A stretch of 64,000 bases of DNA from Candidatus Obscuribacterales bacterium (GCA_965228855.1 CBDDIJ010000002.1:576001-640000); one strand, 5' to 3'. Shown: positions 35,442 through 46,198, counted from the first letter of the stretch. Notes: a model not told the origin generated them from the sequence alone. Translations and numbers: made by a program.

Positions 35442-36866
35442 ATGAAATTGACCGCATCCCCAAAAGAGACAAAACAGCAAAGAACGGAAGCAACACCTGC
35501 ATCCGTGAACAAACCCGTCAACAAGCCGAACATGGAAGTGCGGGTAGGACTCTTCACCGTCTTTGCGTTCATCATCTTTATGTATGGACAGGCTTGGCTC
35601 AAACAATTCTCGATTATGCATCCGCCGCAAAAAATTACCGTGCAGTTCCATGACGTAGCAGGACTGGCTAACAATGCACCTGTGAACATCAACGGCGTTC
35701 GCGTCGGCACCGTCGAAAAAATTGAACTCGAAGGAAAAGGGCGCGTACTGTGCCGCTTGAAGATCAAAACAGAAGAAGCCACCGTTCCTCAAGGTTCGAC
35801 ATTCACGATTCAAACCCTGGGGTTGGTCGGAGCGAAATACATAGAAATCAGTTTGCCTGAAGAAAAGCCGGGAGAAGAACCGCGCCCGCCAATCGATCCG
35901 GACACCGTCGTAGTAGGCGACGACCCGGTTCGTGTCGAGTTGGTCATGAACAAGATTGCAACCAATCTAAACAGTATGATCAACAGATTGAGCGCGGACG
36001 AAACACAAGAAGGACTCGAAAACGCTCTTCGCACATCAGGCGAGACGATCAAGAACATCAACGAAGCTGCTTTGAAGTTGAACAAGAATATGGATAAGGT
36101 CAGCGACGTTACAGCCAGCGTCAAGACGACTTCCGACAAGTTTGGCAAGGTCGCTAGTTCCGCCGACAGCTTCTTCCATACAAGCGAAGGCACGATGGCG
36201 AGCTACAAGGATTTGAGCAAGAATTTGCAACGCACCTCGTCGAAAGTTAATTCATTGCTCGACGATCCGAAGCTTGGCGGCGACATCAAAGAAACAATCA
36301 AAATGGCTCAGCAGACCGCTGCCTCCATTCAAGCTACGATGAACGAGCTCAACGGAACTCTGAAGGATAAGGACCTGCGTACAGACCTCCTCGGAGCACT
36401 GGAGCGCGTCCGCGTTTCCACAGACAATATCTCCAGGTCGATGAACGAGTTGACGAAGATTTCGAACAACGGCGAATTGCGCGCTGATTTGAAAACTATC
36501 GTGGGCGATGCCAAAGAAGCTGTTTCTAAAGTAGAAGGCATAATGTCGGAGCCCGAGTTCAAATCTGATCTGCGCAAAACTATTAAGAAGGTAGAGGATG
36601 CGGCCACCGGCGTCGACACCGTCACCACTCAGATGCACCAGATCCTGAACAAACGCTCGCCCTTCTTTCAGATGATGTTCCGCGCTCCAGGTCGAATAAA
36701 GGAAACGAAAAAGACGACCACAACCGAGAAGAAACCGGACGGCAAGGGCGGCGACAAGACCACTAAGAAGGTCGAAACAGAAACAACAGTTGAAACAGAA
36801 AGCAAACCGGACGAGACAAAACCCGCTCCGAATGCTGACTCCGAACAGCCAGAGCTTCGTCAATAA
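35442..36866 (+). CDS. mlaD: MlaD/MCE family protein with long helical region
   Basis: VGLF TM anchor, GLANNAPVNINGVRVGTV and LGLVGAKYIEI. Confidence 0.9.
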   Translation: MKLTASPKETKQQRTEATPASVNKPVNKPNMEVRVGLFTVFAFIIFMYGQAWLKQFSIMHPPQKITVQFHDVAGLANNAPVNINGVRVGTVEKIELEGKGRVLCRLKIKTEEATVPQGSTFTIQTLGLVGAKYIEISLPEEKPGEEPRPPIDPDTVVVGDDPVRVELVMNKIATNLNSMINRLSADETQEGLENALRTSGETIKNINEAALKLNKNMDKVSDVTASVKTTSDKFGKVASSADSFFHTSEGTMASYKDLSKNLQRTSSKVNSLLDDPKLGGDIKETIKMAQQTAASIQATMNELNGTLKDKDLRTDLLGALERVRVSTDNISRSMNELTKISNNGELRADLKTIVGDAKEAVSKVEGIMSEPEFKSDLRKTIKKVEDAATGVDTVTTQMHQILNKRSPFFQMMFRAPGRIKETKKTTTTEKKPDGKGGDKTTKKVETETTVETESKPDETKPAPNADSEQPELRQ

Positions 36867-37069
36867 CATTCACCTTTCGCAATGAATTTGATTAATTCGT
36901 TTCGCGAGCATGGGAGAAATACGTAGTAAAGCCGCGCTCCATGCGACTCTTGTCACGATGCGGTCACGCACCAAACCTAACCTCTAGGTAAATCCCCCTT
37001 CCCCTTTATCGCAGTCTCGGCTGAGAAGCCGACAATCCCCATCTGCGCAATTTTTTACTCAGGTGCAGG

Positions 37070-39028
37070 ATGCCTCCCCAAACAGATCAACCCTCTCCTG
37101 CCGGAGATAAATCTTCGGCGCCCAAGTTCGATTTCACTCCCCCGCTAGAGCAGCGCCAGGAGTTCACAGAGTCCAGAAAAACGGACCAGCCCACAAGACA
37201 AAGTATCCAAGATAGTAACTTAGTAGTCCCTCCGCTTTTCACAAATGTTCAAATCGATGGCACCATCGGTAGTACCGGAACGAATTTCCTGAACATGACC
37301 AACCCCTATGATTCTTGGGGTCTTGAAGTGACGAAGCGCCGATGGACTGACGTTGCTCAGACAATACCGCCTGCGCACACAGATAGGCAAAGCACAATCG
37401 GGACCTCAGCGGATGCTGCGCGCCCTGTAGTCGCGGACACCTCACGTGGCGCGATAAAACGATCAGAGGTCGAAGGAACCGTTGGTCCACTCATTGCCGA
37501 TGCCTCACGCGGAGAGATTACAAGAACGGAAGTTGATGGCGTAGGCAGAGACAAAGTAGAAAAGCAGACGCCACCGCATGAAAAACTATCGGCCGCAGAC
37601 GTCCACAACAAAAATATACTGGATGCGTCGAAAAACGCAGTAGGCGAAAAAGTCTGGAAAGGTTCTCAATTTGAAAGAGCTACAGTAAAAGGAAAATTTG
37701 GTGGCGCAGCTAGCGTCTCCGTTCTTCTCCAGAACCAAGGATATGACTATGCCAAGTCCGCTAGCGTATCGCAATTGACGAAATCAATGATCGCAAATGG
37801 ATGGCGACTCGTCGGGCAAAACGATGCGAAACCGGGTGACATCATATTCGGTGGCAAAACCGGAACCAACTGGCGCAACGGCGGCGGTAACGGTCGTATC
37901 GGAATCGTCGGCGAAGACGGCAAGGTGTACAACAACGACTCCAGGACTGGCAAGTGGACACTTTCCGACAAACAGCAAGTGTTCGGAAAAGAATTTGGAG
38001 ACCAGGTTTGGATTCTCCGGCCTCCAACTGAAGGTCCTCAAGGCAGACCCGTTGAGAGAGAGCCAGCATCACCTGACGCAACGGTGGAACGTCGCCGCGG
38101 TCGCAGGCGTGGTCACGAACAGCCTCAACAGCGCGAGCGTGAGGACGATCCGAGCAGCCGGGACTATCGCGATTTCCGAGGTCGTCAGAACTGGCAAGGC
38201 AGAGACGACGGCCGCTATCCGCCTCAGTACGACCGCTCCAACGATATCAATCTCTCTGATTTTAACCCCATCGAAATCCTGAAAAACGCAGTGGATGGTA
38301 TTGGGAAAGCGCTCTGGGCGCTGACCCCGTTCAAACACTCCGTCAACAATGGTCGACTGGGCTGCGCGGCATCAGTGTCGGAAGTGCTTCAACGCTCCGG
38401 TTATAGATACGCAAATCATGCCGGAGTAGGCGGACTCGAATCACAACTGATGAAGAATGGCTGGCGGAAAGCACCTCTAAGCTCCGCACAACCAGGTGAT
38501 GTCGTAATGGTCGGACGGTCTCGCGGCTGGAGAGCCGGAGGCGGAGCGGCACACGTCGGCATAGTCGGCGAAAACGGCCGCGTCTATCACAATAATTCGG
38601 CTCGCGGTAAGTGGGTCGAAGACAACCTTCACGCCCGCTTCGGCCGAGGCATGGAAAGGTTCGTCTTAAAACCACCGTCCAATGGTTCGCACAAAATCGA
38701 CCCTCGCAGTTTCGCATCTCGAAATCCGGAACCGGAAGTGAATCCCGCTCCTAGACAAGCAGACCGCAGACATGAAAGAGGCGACCGAAGAGAGGATCGT
38801 GGGGAACATCGTGGATACGAGCCTCGCGGCTATGGTCGAGATCGCGGATTTGACCCGCGCGAATTTCAGGCGCGCTATCAACCAGAAGATCAACGAGACA
38901 ACGATGAAGATGGTGGTAGCAATAGAGGACGAAGGACACGCCGAATGCGCGAGAGGGAAGAGCGGAATCAAGAAGAGGACGCAACCGAACGACGCAGCAG
39001 ACGCCACCGACGATCACGTCGATACTAA
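37070..39028 (+). CDS. protein with two papain-like (NlpC/P60-type) domains and disordered R-rich regions
   Basis: GCAASVS..QPGDV..AHVGIV in domain 2; GGAASVS..KPGDI..GRIGIV in domain 1. Confidence 0.65.
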   Translation: MPPQTDQPSPAGDKSSAPKFDFTPPLEQRQEFTESRKTDQPTRQSIQDSNLVVPPLFTNVQIDGTIGSTGTNFLNMTNPYDSWGLEVTKRRWTDVAQTIPPAHTDRQSTIGTSADAARPVVADTSRGAIKRSEVEGTVGPLIADASRGEITRTEVDGVGRDKVEKQTPPHEKLSAADVHNKNILDASKNAVGEKVWKGSQFERATVKGKFGGAASVSVLLQNQGYDYAKSASVSQLTKSMIANGWRLVGQNDAKPGDIIFGGKTGTNWRNGGGNGRIGIVGEDGKVYNNDSRTGKWTLSDKQQVFGKEFGDQVWILRPPTEGPQGRPVEREPASPDATVERRRGRRRGHEQPQQREREDDPSSRDYRDFRGRQNWQGRDDGRYPPQYDRSNDINLSDFNPIEILKNAVDGIGKALWALTPFKHSVNNGRLGCAASVSEVLQRSGYRYANHAGVGGLESQLMKNGWRKAPLSSAQPGDVVMVGRSRGWRAGGGAAHVGIVGENGRVYHNNSARGKWVEDNLHARFGRGMERFVLKPPSNGSHKIDPRSFASRNPEPEVNPAPRQADRRHERGDRREDRGEHRGYEPRGYGRDRGFDPREFQARYQPEDQRDNDEDGGSNRGRRTRRMREREERNQEEDATERRSRRHRRSRRY

Positions 39029-39072
39029 AAATCAGTCTAGATAATCAGTCCCGTTAAGCGGAGTTTTTAAGA

Positions 39073-40050
39073 ATGGTAGAGATGAAATCCGAAGTTCAAA
39101 GCAATCCCACTGGGAACGACCAGTTCCATCCAAACCTAGAGCGCAACATCTTCGAAAGCGCTTACAGCGGGCAGATGACAAAGGGTGAGGATACACGACT
39201 TGCTTTCAACTCCACGGCAGCGCGGCCACCATCAGACGGAGCGTGGCCGCCACCACTGCAGGTGGCAGACACGGACGGAAACATTCTTACTAGAAGCTCT
39301 GACAAACAAAATAACGATGGTGCTAAAGCCGGTGAACCAGAGGGACACCACTCTGCCGAAGGCCCAAAGGAGACCGAAGAAAAACCGCCTGAGAAAACAG
39401 CGGAAAAACCTACTGATACCACTGCTGAAAAACCAGCAGAAAAATCTACTGACACATCAGCTGAAAAGCCGGCAGACAAACCAGCTGACACATCAGCTGA
39501 AAAACCGGCAGAGACTCAAGGTGATAAACCTGTTGACCCAAGCCTCCCACCTGAATTACAAAACGAAGCAGCTCTGATGAAAAGCTTGACCGGACCGCAA
39601 AAGACGTTGGTGGAAACGGCATTCAAAGCAGTGGGCACGCCACTCTGGGCCGCATCCGAATATGCGGACCTCACCGGCAACGGACGTTACGGATGCGCCG
39701 CCTCGGAATCGATTGTCAAACAGAGAGCCGGTTATGACTACGCAGACAGTCCGCTGGTTTCCGGTCTGGTTAACCAACTGCAAAAAAATGGTTGGACCAA
39801 ACACCCATTCGACGAGCGCCAACCCGGAGATACAATCATCCGGCACAAAGCAGGTCAGCATTGGAAGAAGGGCGGCGGCAACGCTCACATCGGCACCGTT
39901 GGTGCTGATATCAACTACGCCTACAACAACAATTCCGACTCCGCGACCTGGTCCTATAAGCCAATCAATGAATCATTCAGCCCGCGCAGCAAGCGATTCG
40001 TACTGAGACCGCCAGTCGAGTCTGAAACCTTGGTCGCCAAAGGCCGCTAG
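39073..40050 (+). CDS. NlpC/P60-type domain protein with AEKP repeats
   Basis: GCAASES..QPGDT..AHIGTV; AEKP/TDTS repeats at ~39379-39513. Confidence 0.65.
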   Translation: MVEMKSEVQSNPTGNDQFHPNLERNIFESAYSGQMTKGEDTRLAFNSTAARPPSDGAWPPPLQVADTDGNILTRSSDKQNNDGAKAGEPEGHHSAEGPKETEEKPPEKTAEKPTDTTAEKPAEKSTDTSAEKPADKPADTSAEKPAETQGDKPVDPSLPPELQNEAALMKSLTGPQKTLVETAFKAVGTPLWAASEYADLTGNGRYGCAASESIVKQRAGYDYADSPLVSGLVNQLQKNGWTKHPFDERQPGDTIIRHKAGQHWKKGGGNAHIGTVGADINYAYNNNSDSATWSYKPINESFSPRSKRFVLRPPVESETLVAKGR

Positions 40051-40161
40051 CGACGTTCAACCAACAAACGCGTTGACGAGAAAAAACGCACCAAATGCTT
40101 GCTTGATCTCAAGTCAATTTGTGACATCATTGAAAAGTTCGACTGACGCGGAGGTGCAATC

Positions 40162-40371
40162 ATGGCATCAATAACCGTTCGAAACATTCCGGAAGAGACT
40201 CACCGGGCTTTATGTGCGAGAGCGGCTCAAAACGGGCGTAGCACCGAAGCCGAAGTGCGCGACATCCTCGAAGCCGCATTGAGACCAAAAGACCGGGTAA
40301 AAATCGGGTCGGAATTGGCAGCTTTCGGAGATGAGCATAGGTTGGATGATCTGAAAATTGATCGAGAGTAG
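40162..40371 (+). CDS. FitA/StbC-like ribbon-helix-helix antitoxin (orphan)
   Basis: MASITVRNIPEETHRAL..AAQNGRSTEAEVRDIL; GGAGG Shine-Dalgarno. Confidence 0.8.
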   Translation: MASITVRNIPEETHRALCARAAQNGRSTEAEVRDILEAALRPKDRVKIGSELAAFGDEHRLDDLKIDRE

Positions 40372-40376
40372 AAGGG

Positions 40377-42032
40377 CTAATACCTGTTGTTTCGGATAAC
40401 AACGTCGCTTCCCACGTTGTTCTGGCGCCAGATGGGTCTTCTGTTTCCGCGCAGGTCGTTGTTCTCAACACTCGAACCGGTGACGCCACCATTACTAGTA
40501 TCACCACCGCCCAGTGTGATTCCAGCCAGTCGAGTGCCTTGAATGCGATTGCCGCGCACATGGACCTTTTCCGTATTCCAGCCTTCGCGCTCAGACGCGA
40601 TCTCAATTCCATAAGTCGCGTTGCGGACGTCGTTGTTTTCAATCAAAACATCTCGGCCACCATCAACATAAATCCCGGCCGCGCTGCGACGTCCGCTCAG
40701 ATCAATATTCCAAACCTGATTATTAGCAATCACGCCCCGACGCGCGCGATCATCCTTGCCTGAAATGCGCTCTCCACCAATCACGTCGATACCAATGTTA
40801 TCGTTGTCGTGCACCTTATTGTTCAAGATCTTGAAACCATCAACGTTTCCGTTAACTACAACAGCCTCGCTCGTTCCAAGTTTCAAATGGTGAACGTTGT
40901 TCCCTTCTATGCGAACGTCTGTGATCGGTTGCTTACCGGCACCATAGATGCTTATTCCATGTGCATCTTTTCCACTTTCGACGTGATGAATGTCATTGTT
41001 TAAAATCGAGATATTATTGCTGCGACCATCTACAGCAATCCCTGTAGGAGTGTCTCCGCCTCTGACATTTCTGATTTCGAAACCGTCAATAGTAACGTTG
41101 CGCCTGTTAGAGATGTGAATTGCACCGCCGCTGACTGACTTGTCTTGAAGGTCTAAGATGGCTTTGCCGTCACCTCTCAACGTTATGTTGTCGCGAGTGA
41201 TGTTTAAGCGTTCACGATAGACTCCAGGCTGAACATGAACAACTGCGCCCTCCGGAGCTCTGTCGATTGCACGTTGAATGCTTTCTCCGGCTCGCACTTC
41301 GACAACCGGTCTTTTGCGGTCGCGCTCATTACCAGGTCGAACCTCGTGGCGCCGCTCTTCAGGTTTGCCCTGCTCGCGCCTGGCGGGTGTCGGTTCAAAC
41401 CGTCTTTCTTCTGGGCGTGTCCGTTCACGTTCAGGAGTGTTCGGTTCCACGCGCCGTCCATCTGGTTTAGGAGGAAGGTCTGGTTTAGGAAGGTCCGGTT
41501 TGCGGCCGGGTTTAACAACGTCCGATTTCCGAACATCCGCAGGTCCGCTACGGTGCCCGTCCTTTTCGGCACCGCCGACTAATTTGCCGGACCAATCATA
41601 CTCGCGACAACTTAAAACTTGACCAAAACGACGCTCGAGTTCTACACGCCTTCCATCAGAAAAACGGCTCACAATCGACTCTTTACCGGCTTTGTCTACT
41701 GTGGAAATTTGCTTGTGCAATCCGTCTTGCCGTCCGGAAAATGTCTGTTCTGTTTTTACAGATCCATCCGCCAAACGGCTCTGCTCCAGCGTGGAGAGCC
41801 TATCATGTCGCAATTCGGGGCGGTAAGTCAGTTTAAAACCGTTTTGATCAAATGACAGTTGCGCTCCGCCGAGGTCGCCGCTTTTTTGAGGCACGTCCGG
41901 CCGCGTTTGCTTAGCAACATCAAAACTATCCGACAATCTGGCATCAGCCAGGTTGTCGCGCCCATCGCGGGCAGACGGTTCTACTCGATTATGCTTTGCG
42001 CCTTCGGACTCGATCATGGCTTCACCGCTCAC
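40377..42032 (-). CDS. right-handed parallel beta-helix (pectate-lyase-like) protein
   Basis: SIQRAID..PGVYRE followed by N-rich PbH1 repeats (NNDIHH, NKVHDN). Confidence 0.75.
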   Translation of the reverse strand: MSGEAMIESEGAKHNRVEPSARDGRDNLADARLSDSFDVAKQTRPDVPQKSGDLGGAQLSFDQNGFKLTYRPELRHDRLSTLEQSRLADGSVKTEQTFSGRQDGLHKQISTVDKAGKESIVSRFSDGRRVELERRFGQVLSCREYDWSGKLVGGAEKDGHRSGPADVRKSDVVKPGRKPDLPKPDLPPKPDGRRVEPNTPERERTRPEERRFEPTPARREQGKPEERRHEVRPGNERDRKRPVVEVRAGESIQRAIDRAPEGAVVHVQPGVYRERLNITRDNITLRGDGKAILDLQDKSVSGGAIHISNRRNVTIDGFEIRNVRGGDTPTGIAVDGRSNNISILNNDIHHVESGKDAHGISIYGAGKQPITDVRIEGNNVHHLKLGTSEAVVVNGNVDGFKILNNKVHDNDNIGIDVIGGERISGKDDRARRGVIANNQVWNIDLSGRRSAAGIYVDGGRDVLIENNDVRNATYGIEIASEREGWNTEKVHVRGNRIQGTRLAGITLGGGDTSNGGVTGSSVENNDLRGNRRPIWRQNNVGSDVVIRNNRY

Positions 42033-42144
42033 ATCATGCTTCGAGAATATTCGACCGCAATCAGGGATGTGTGACTTGAAGACCGACTGGACCTGCAGAA
42101 AATCCGCTCCAAAAATCGCCGGCGAAAAACCGCTACAACGAACA

Positions 42145-42164
42145 ACCGACCCTTTCGGGTCGGT
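42145..42164. terminator. hairpin
   Basis: accgaccc-tttc-gggtcggt. Confidence 0.5.
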
Positions 42165-42235
42165 CCTTCGCGCTGCACTGTAAAAGCTAGTCTGATTTTT
42201 CTTCTTCGTAGGAAACCGACGCCGCCGGTCCCTTT

Positions 42236-42748
42236 CTAGTTGCTACGCAGGCATGCAATGACTGTCTTCATTGGCACGTAACCGCCTTGCGTATCGGCAA
42301 TCAACAGATCGCCTTTATCGAGTTTGTAACTTCCGCCGCGTGTGGGCGGGAAGATGACGTCCGGTTGAGGAGCCGAATAATTGTTATACGGTCCAAAGTC
42401 AACGCGGGTCGCATAGGGCAAACTCATCCCTGCATTCAAGTAATTGCTGAGCTGTGTGAGTTCTTGAGCGGGCGCGGCAAACGGGTCCGGGTGATCGCTC
42501 ACAAACCATTCGACAGTCTTCAACGTAACTTCGGCTGCTAGAGCCAATTCCTGACGCTGGTTGTGAATGAGATTTTCATCTTTGATTATGGGTCTGTCGA
42601 GACCGGCACTACCGGCAATGGCAAACACATAAGATTCAACCGGGTTCCGAATGGAGGTTACTTGGACAGTGGTCGGTCGGCTAACTTCAAAATCGGGTAC
42701 GACTCGAAGGTGGCTTTGTGATGCAACTTGTTTAGCAGCGACCGTCAC
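42236..42748 (-). CDS. hypothetical protein
   Basis: 170 aa; GAGGG upstream. Confidence 0.55.
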   Translation of the reverse strand: MTVAAKQVASQSHLRVVPDFEVSRPTTVQVTSIRNPVESYVFAIAGSAGLDRPIIKDENLIHNQRQELALAAEVTLKTVEWFVSDHPDPFAAPAQELTQLSNYLNAGMSLPYATRVDFGPYNNYSAPQPDVIFPPTRGGSYKLDKGDLLIADTQGGYVPMKTVIACLRSN

Positions 42749-42978
42749 GTTTCAGTTCCCTCGTGTTCCATGAGCACAATGTACATTTCGATCGTTACTT
42801 CTGCGTGACCAAAATGAGATTAACAAAACATTTTTGAATTTTTCCTGAGCGGCACCCTTGAAATTGCCAACTAGCTTGGATTTCGATCTACCATATATTT
42901 TTTGCCGGGTGGCTGTTTCGGAATAAAACGCCCATTCGGTTCGATATCTATAGATTGGAATCAAAACCGGACCCTTAT

Positions 42979-44427
42979 ATGAAATACGAACCCGTAATCG
43001 GACTCGAAGTACACGCCCAGCTCCGCACGAAAACCAAAATCTTCTGTGGCTGCCCCACGGATTTCGGCGCCAATCCGAACGACCAGGTCTGCCAGGTTTG
43101 CCTGGGCATGCCCGGCGTTTTGCCGGTTTTAAACAAACATGCGGTCGAATGCGCCATCCGAGCTGGACTGGCGCTAAATTGCGAGATTTCGGAACAGACG
43201 AGGTTTGACCGGAAAAACTACTTCTATCCGGACTTATCCAAGGGTTATCAGATTTCGCAGCTTGACAAACCGATTTGCAAGACCGGTCACCTGGTTATAA
43301 ACGGTCGCACTATCCGCATAAACCGCGCTCATCTGGAAGAAGACGCTGGAAAACTCGTCCATGCGGGTGCGGCTGGTCTACATGGTTCGGATTACAGCCT
43401 TGTCGACTACAACCGCGGCGGCGTTCCGCTTCTCGAAATCGTGAGCGAACCGGATATCGAGACACCCGAAGAAGCGAAGGCTTATCTCACTGAGCTGCGA
43501 AACATTTTGCGCGCCATCGATGTTTGCGACGGCAACCTGGAAGAAGGAAGCTTCCGTTGTGACGCGAACGTTTCGATCCGGCCGGTTGGAGATAAGGAGC
43601 TTGGAACCAAAGCCGAAATTAAGAACATGAACAGCTTCCGTTCGGTTCAACGCGCGATTCAATCTGAAATCGAGAGACAAATCAACGTGGTCGAAGGCGG
43701 CGGCAGAGTTGTTCAGGAAACACGACTGTGGAACGAAGCTGACGGCACGACACATCCTATGCGCTCGAAAGAAGAAGCGCACGATTACAGATACTTCCCA
43801 GAACCTGATTTAGTGCCGCTTTCCATAGATCGCAAGTGGGTATCGGATGTTCAGTCCACACTTCCGGAACTTCCGGAGGCTAAACGCCAGAGATACATAA
43901 ACGAGCATGGTCTGTCAGTGGACGATGCCGTGGTCATGGTAGAAAATAAAGACCTCTGCGATTTCTTCGATGCCGCAATCAAACTTGGAACACCGGCGAA
44001 GCCAGCTGCCAACCTGCTAATTGGACCAACGACTGCTTATGTAAACGACAATAATCTCGAATTCAGTGCCATCAAAATGACACCGCAAAATTTATGCGAT
44101 CTGGTCAAAGCCATTGAATCAGGCAAGCTTGGTTCAACCAACGCGAAAAAATTGCTCGTCGAATTGCTCGCTTCCACAGGCGATGTGAATAAACTGATCG
44201 ACGAAAAGGGTCTTGCCCAGCTAAGTGACGAGACCGAACTTCGCAAAATGGTGCAAGAGGTTTTAGCCCGTTCGCAGCCGCAGGTCGAGCAATATCGCAG
44301 CGGTAAAACGAAGATACGCCAGTATTTCTTCGGAGAACTGATGAAGGTTTCAAAAGGAAAAGCTAATCCGGAAGTGACCAATAAGATCCTCGATGAATTG
44401 CTTCCACAGCCGGAATCCGGAGCATAA
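42979..44427 (+). CDS. gatB: Asp-tRNA(Asn)/Glu-tRNA(Gln) amidotransferase subunit B
   Basis: VIGLEVHAQL, FDRKNYFYPDL, HLEEDAGK, GSFRCDAN and DYRYFPEPDL. Confidence 0.97.
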   Translation: MKYEPVIGLEVHAQLRTKTKIFCGCPTDFGANPNDQVCQVCLGMPGVLPVLNKHAVECAIRAGLALNCEISEQTRFDRKNYFYPDLSKGYQISQLDKPICKTGHLVINGRTIRINRAHLEEDAGKLVHAGAAGLHGSDYSLVDYNRGGVPLLEIVSEPDIETPEEAKAYLTELRNILRAIDVCDGNLEEGSFRCDANVSIRPVGDKELGTKAEIKNMNSFRSVQRAIQSEIERQINVVEGGGRVVQETRLWNEADGTTHPMRSKEEAHDYRYFPEPDLVPLSIDRKWVSDVQSTLPELPEAKRQRYINEHGLSVDDAVVMVENKDLCDFFDAAIKLGTPAKPAANLLIGPTTAYVNDNNLEFSAIKMTPQNLCDLVKAIESGKLGSTNAKKLLVELLASTGDVNKLIDEKGLAQLSDETELRKMVQEVLARSQPQVEQYRSGKTKIRQYFFGELMKVSKGKANPEVTNKILDELLPQPESGA

Positions 44428-44430
44428 TCG

Positions 44431-44895
44431 ATGGAATACAGCAGGTTGATTTATTTCAAATCGTCTAAGCTTCCCACGATAGAACAAGTGGTGAAGGCGC
44501 TTTCGCAAGACGCAGACCTGCGCGTTTCCATTGACGACAAGTATGAAATGCTCTACAAGGACGACGCCGTTTCCTACTCAGTGGGCGAAACGATCCTGAT
44601 CGATGATGGAACATTTTCGATGCTGATTGGCATGACGACTGAATCTCACGTGGCTAAGGAAGCAGAAAAACTGGCGCAGGATTTGCTGAAAACTGTTGCC
44701 GTAAATTCGCCACAAGAGCAAATTCTGGCGAAGCTCGCGACATGCGACGCCCGCTTCGAGATCGGCGGCGTCTTCCCTGATGAGCTCAAGGATCTTTTCG
44801 AAGATCACACAGAGACATTTGACCTGGTCGACGAGCATTTAGAGACGCTCGTCGACGGTATAGTGGTCGATCCGGATAGAAACGAACTAAAGTAA
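44431..44895 (+). CDS. acidic hypothetical protein
   Basis: 154 aa; begins 3 bp after gatB. Confidence 0.6.
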   Translation: MEYSRLIYFKSSKLPTIEQVVKALSQDADLRVSIDDKYEMLYKDDAVSYSVGETILIDDGTFSMLIGMTTESHVAKEAEKLAQDLLKTVAVNSPQEQILAKLATCDARFEIGGVFPDELKDLFEDHTETFDLVDEHLETLVDGIVVDPDRNELK

Positions 44896-45016
44896 GTGCC
44901 GCTATCCATGAGGCTGTTCCTCAATACATACGCGTTTTTCACTAAATTTTTGAATTCCACATCTTTGTCACAAACCAAGACTTATACTGGATGTATCGAA
45001 AGCGCCACTCCGCACT

Positions 45017-45135
45017 TCACTCGCTCAAGTCCTCCGCACTGCACGGTTTCCCGCTCACTTACTACATAAGTCCTTCGCAAAGACTCTCAGCACTCACTCG
45101 CAAAGTCCTTCGCGCTGCACAGGTTTCCGCTCACT
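45017..45135. repeat. imperfect intergenic direct repeat (~43 bp, period 77)
   Basis: tcactcgc..aagtcct(c/t)cgc(a/g)ctgcac..ggtttcc..gctcact, twice. Confidence 0.6.
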
Positions 45136-45169
45136 CGCTCGCTGCTCAACCCATTCAAGGAGGCCCACT

Positions 45170-46009
45170 ATGGCGGGTCAAACTTCTGATGCTCACTCGG
45201 ATGCACGCACACTGGTAGACAGACAGGCTAGCGGTTTTTCAGCTGATTGTTTGTTTCAACAGTGGCCAAAAGACAGGCAAATGCAGGCTTACAGAGCGCT
45301 CAACGAAGTCAGCAGCGACTCTAATGCAAATCTGCCTGGTCTGACACTTTCCTACTCGGAACGCGGTCGTCATCTCACACCGGACAATGGCAGATGTGCT
45401 CCGGAAGATGTCGCAAAGCCAGTTCAACAGCAGAGACAAAACGACAGTCGCCGCACAGAAAACGTGAGCAGACCGGCGGACAACACTCCAAGTCCCCGTG
45501 AACTAGATCGCCTCGCGCATCCTGAACGACCGGCAGAGCGAATCGAGGACTTGGCCACACGCGCATTGGACGGCAAGGACGAACGAGCAAGGCTCGACCT
45601 GAGAAAAGAACTCGAAAAACTCGCAAATGAGCCGAACAAAGAATTTCGCGATAAAGTCCTCCAACGCATGGTCGAGGATGGAACCTATCTCGCTAATCCG
45701 ATGAACGGAAAGCCGCACGTAGAAGTAAAACGTGATGAACGTGGACGCCCGGAGAGCATCACTTTCAGCAAAAACCTGGGCGTGTATAAAACCGAAATTC
45801 CGTTGAACAAATCACTGGAAGAGCAGGTCACTGAAGCTCAAAAGAATTACATGGATTCGCTGGGCAAGATAACCGGCGGTCTCGGCAAGTTTGATACCAA
45901 CGCGACCATGGCGGCTTACGATATTCAGATGGGAGCCGATCCAACCAACGTCAGATGGTTCATGCTTCATAGAAAAGACCAGGGCAGACCGCTTCTGGAC
46001 CGCAACTAG
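45170..46009 (+). CDS. hypothetical protein
   Basis: 279 aa; AAGGAGG Shine-Dalgarno. Confidence 0.7.
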   Translation: MAGQTSDAHSDARTLVDRQASGFSADCLFQQWPKDRQMQAYRALNEVSSDSNANLPGLTLSYSERGRHLTPDNGRCAPEDVAKPVQQQRQNDSRRTENVSRPADNTPSPRELDRLAHPERPAERIEDLATRALDGKDERARLDLRKELEKLANEPNKEFRDKVLQRMVEDGTYLANPMNGKPHVEVKRDERGRPESITFSKNLGVYKTEIPLNKSLEEQVTEAQKNYMDSLGKITGGLGKFDTNATMAAYDIQMGADPTNVRWFMLHRKDQGRPLLDRN

Positions 46010-46056
46010 GTTCTGATAAATTGGGACACTCGTGAAACTTTCAATGCAACACACCC

Positions 46057-46082
46057 AACGGGCGCTTAACCGCGCCCGTTTT
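46057..46082 (+). terminator. intrinsic terminator
   Basis: aacgggcgc-ttaacc-gcgcccgtt followed by tt. Confidence 0.6.
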
Positions 46083-46198
46083 AACGTTCGAGCATTGAAA
46101 CACACCCGCGAACCTTGCGACTGTTTTTTATAACCCGGATGAGCAGACCCAATCTACTTTTCTTGTAGGCGTTTAGGGAAACGAACGACCTTAGTGGT

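Noticed and set aside
42979..44427. Functional link between gatB and Glu-tRNA-dependent LanB
   Set aside because: gatB is a housekeeping gene 35 kb away, with no evidence of linkage.
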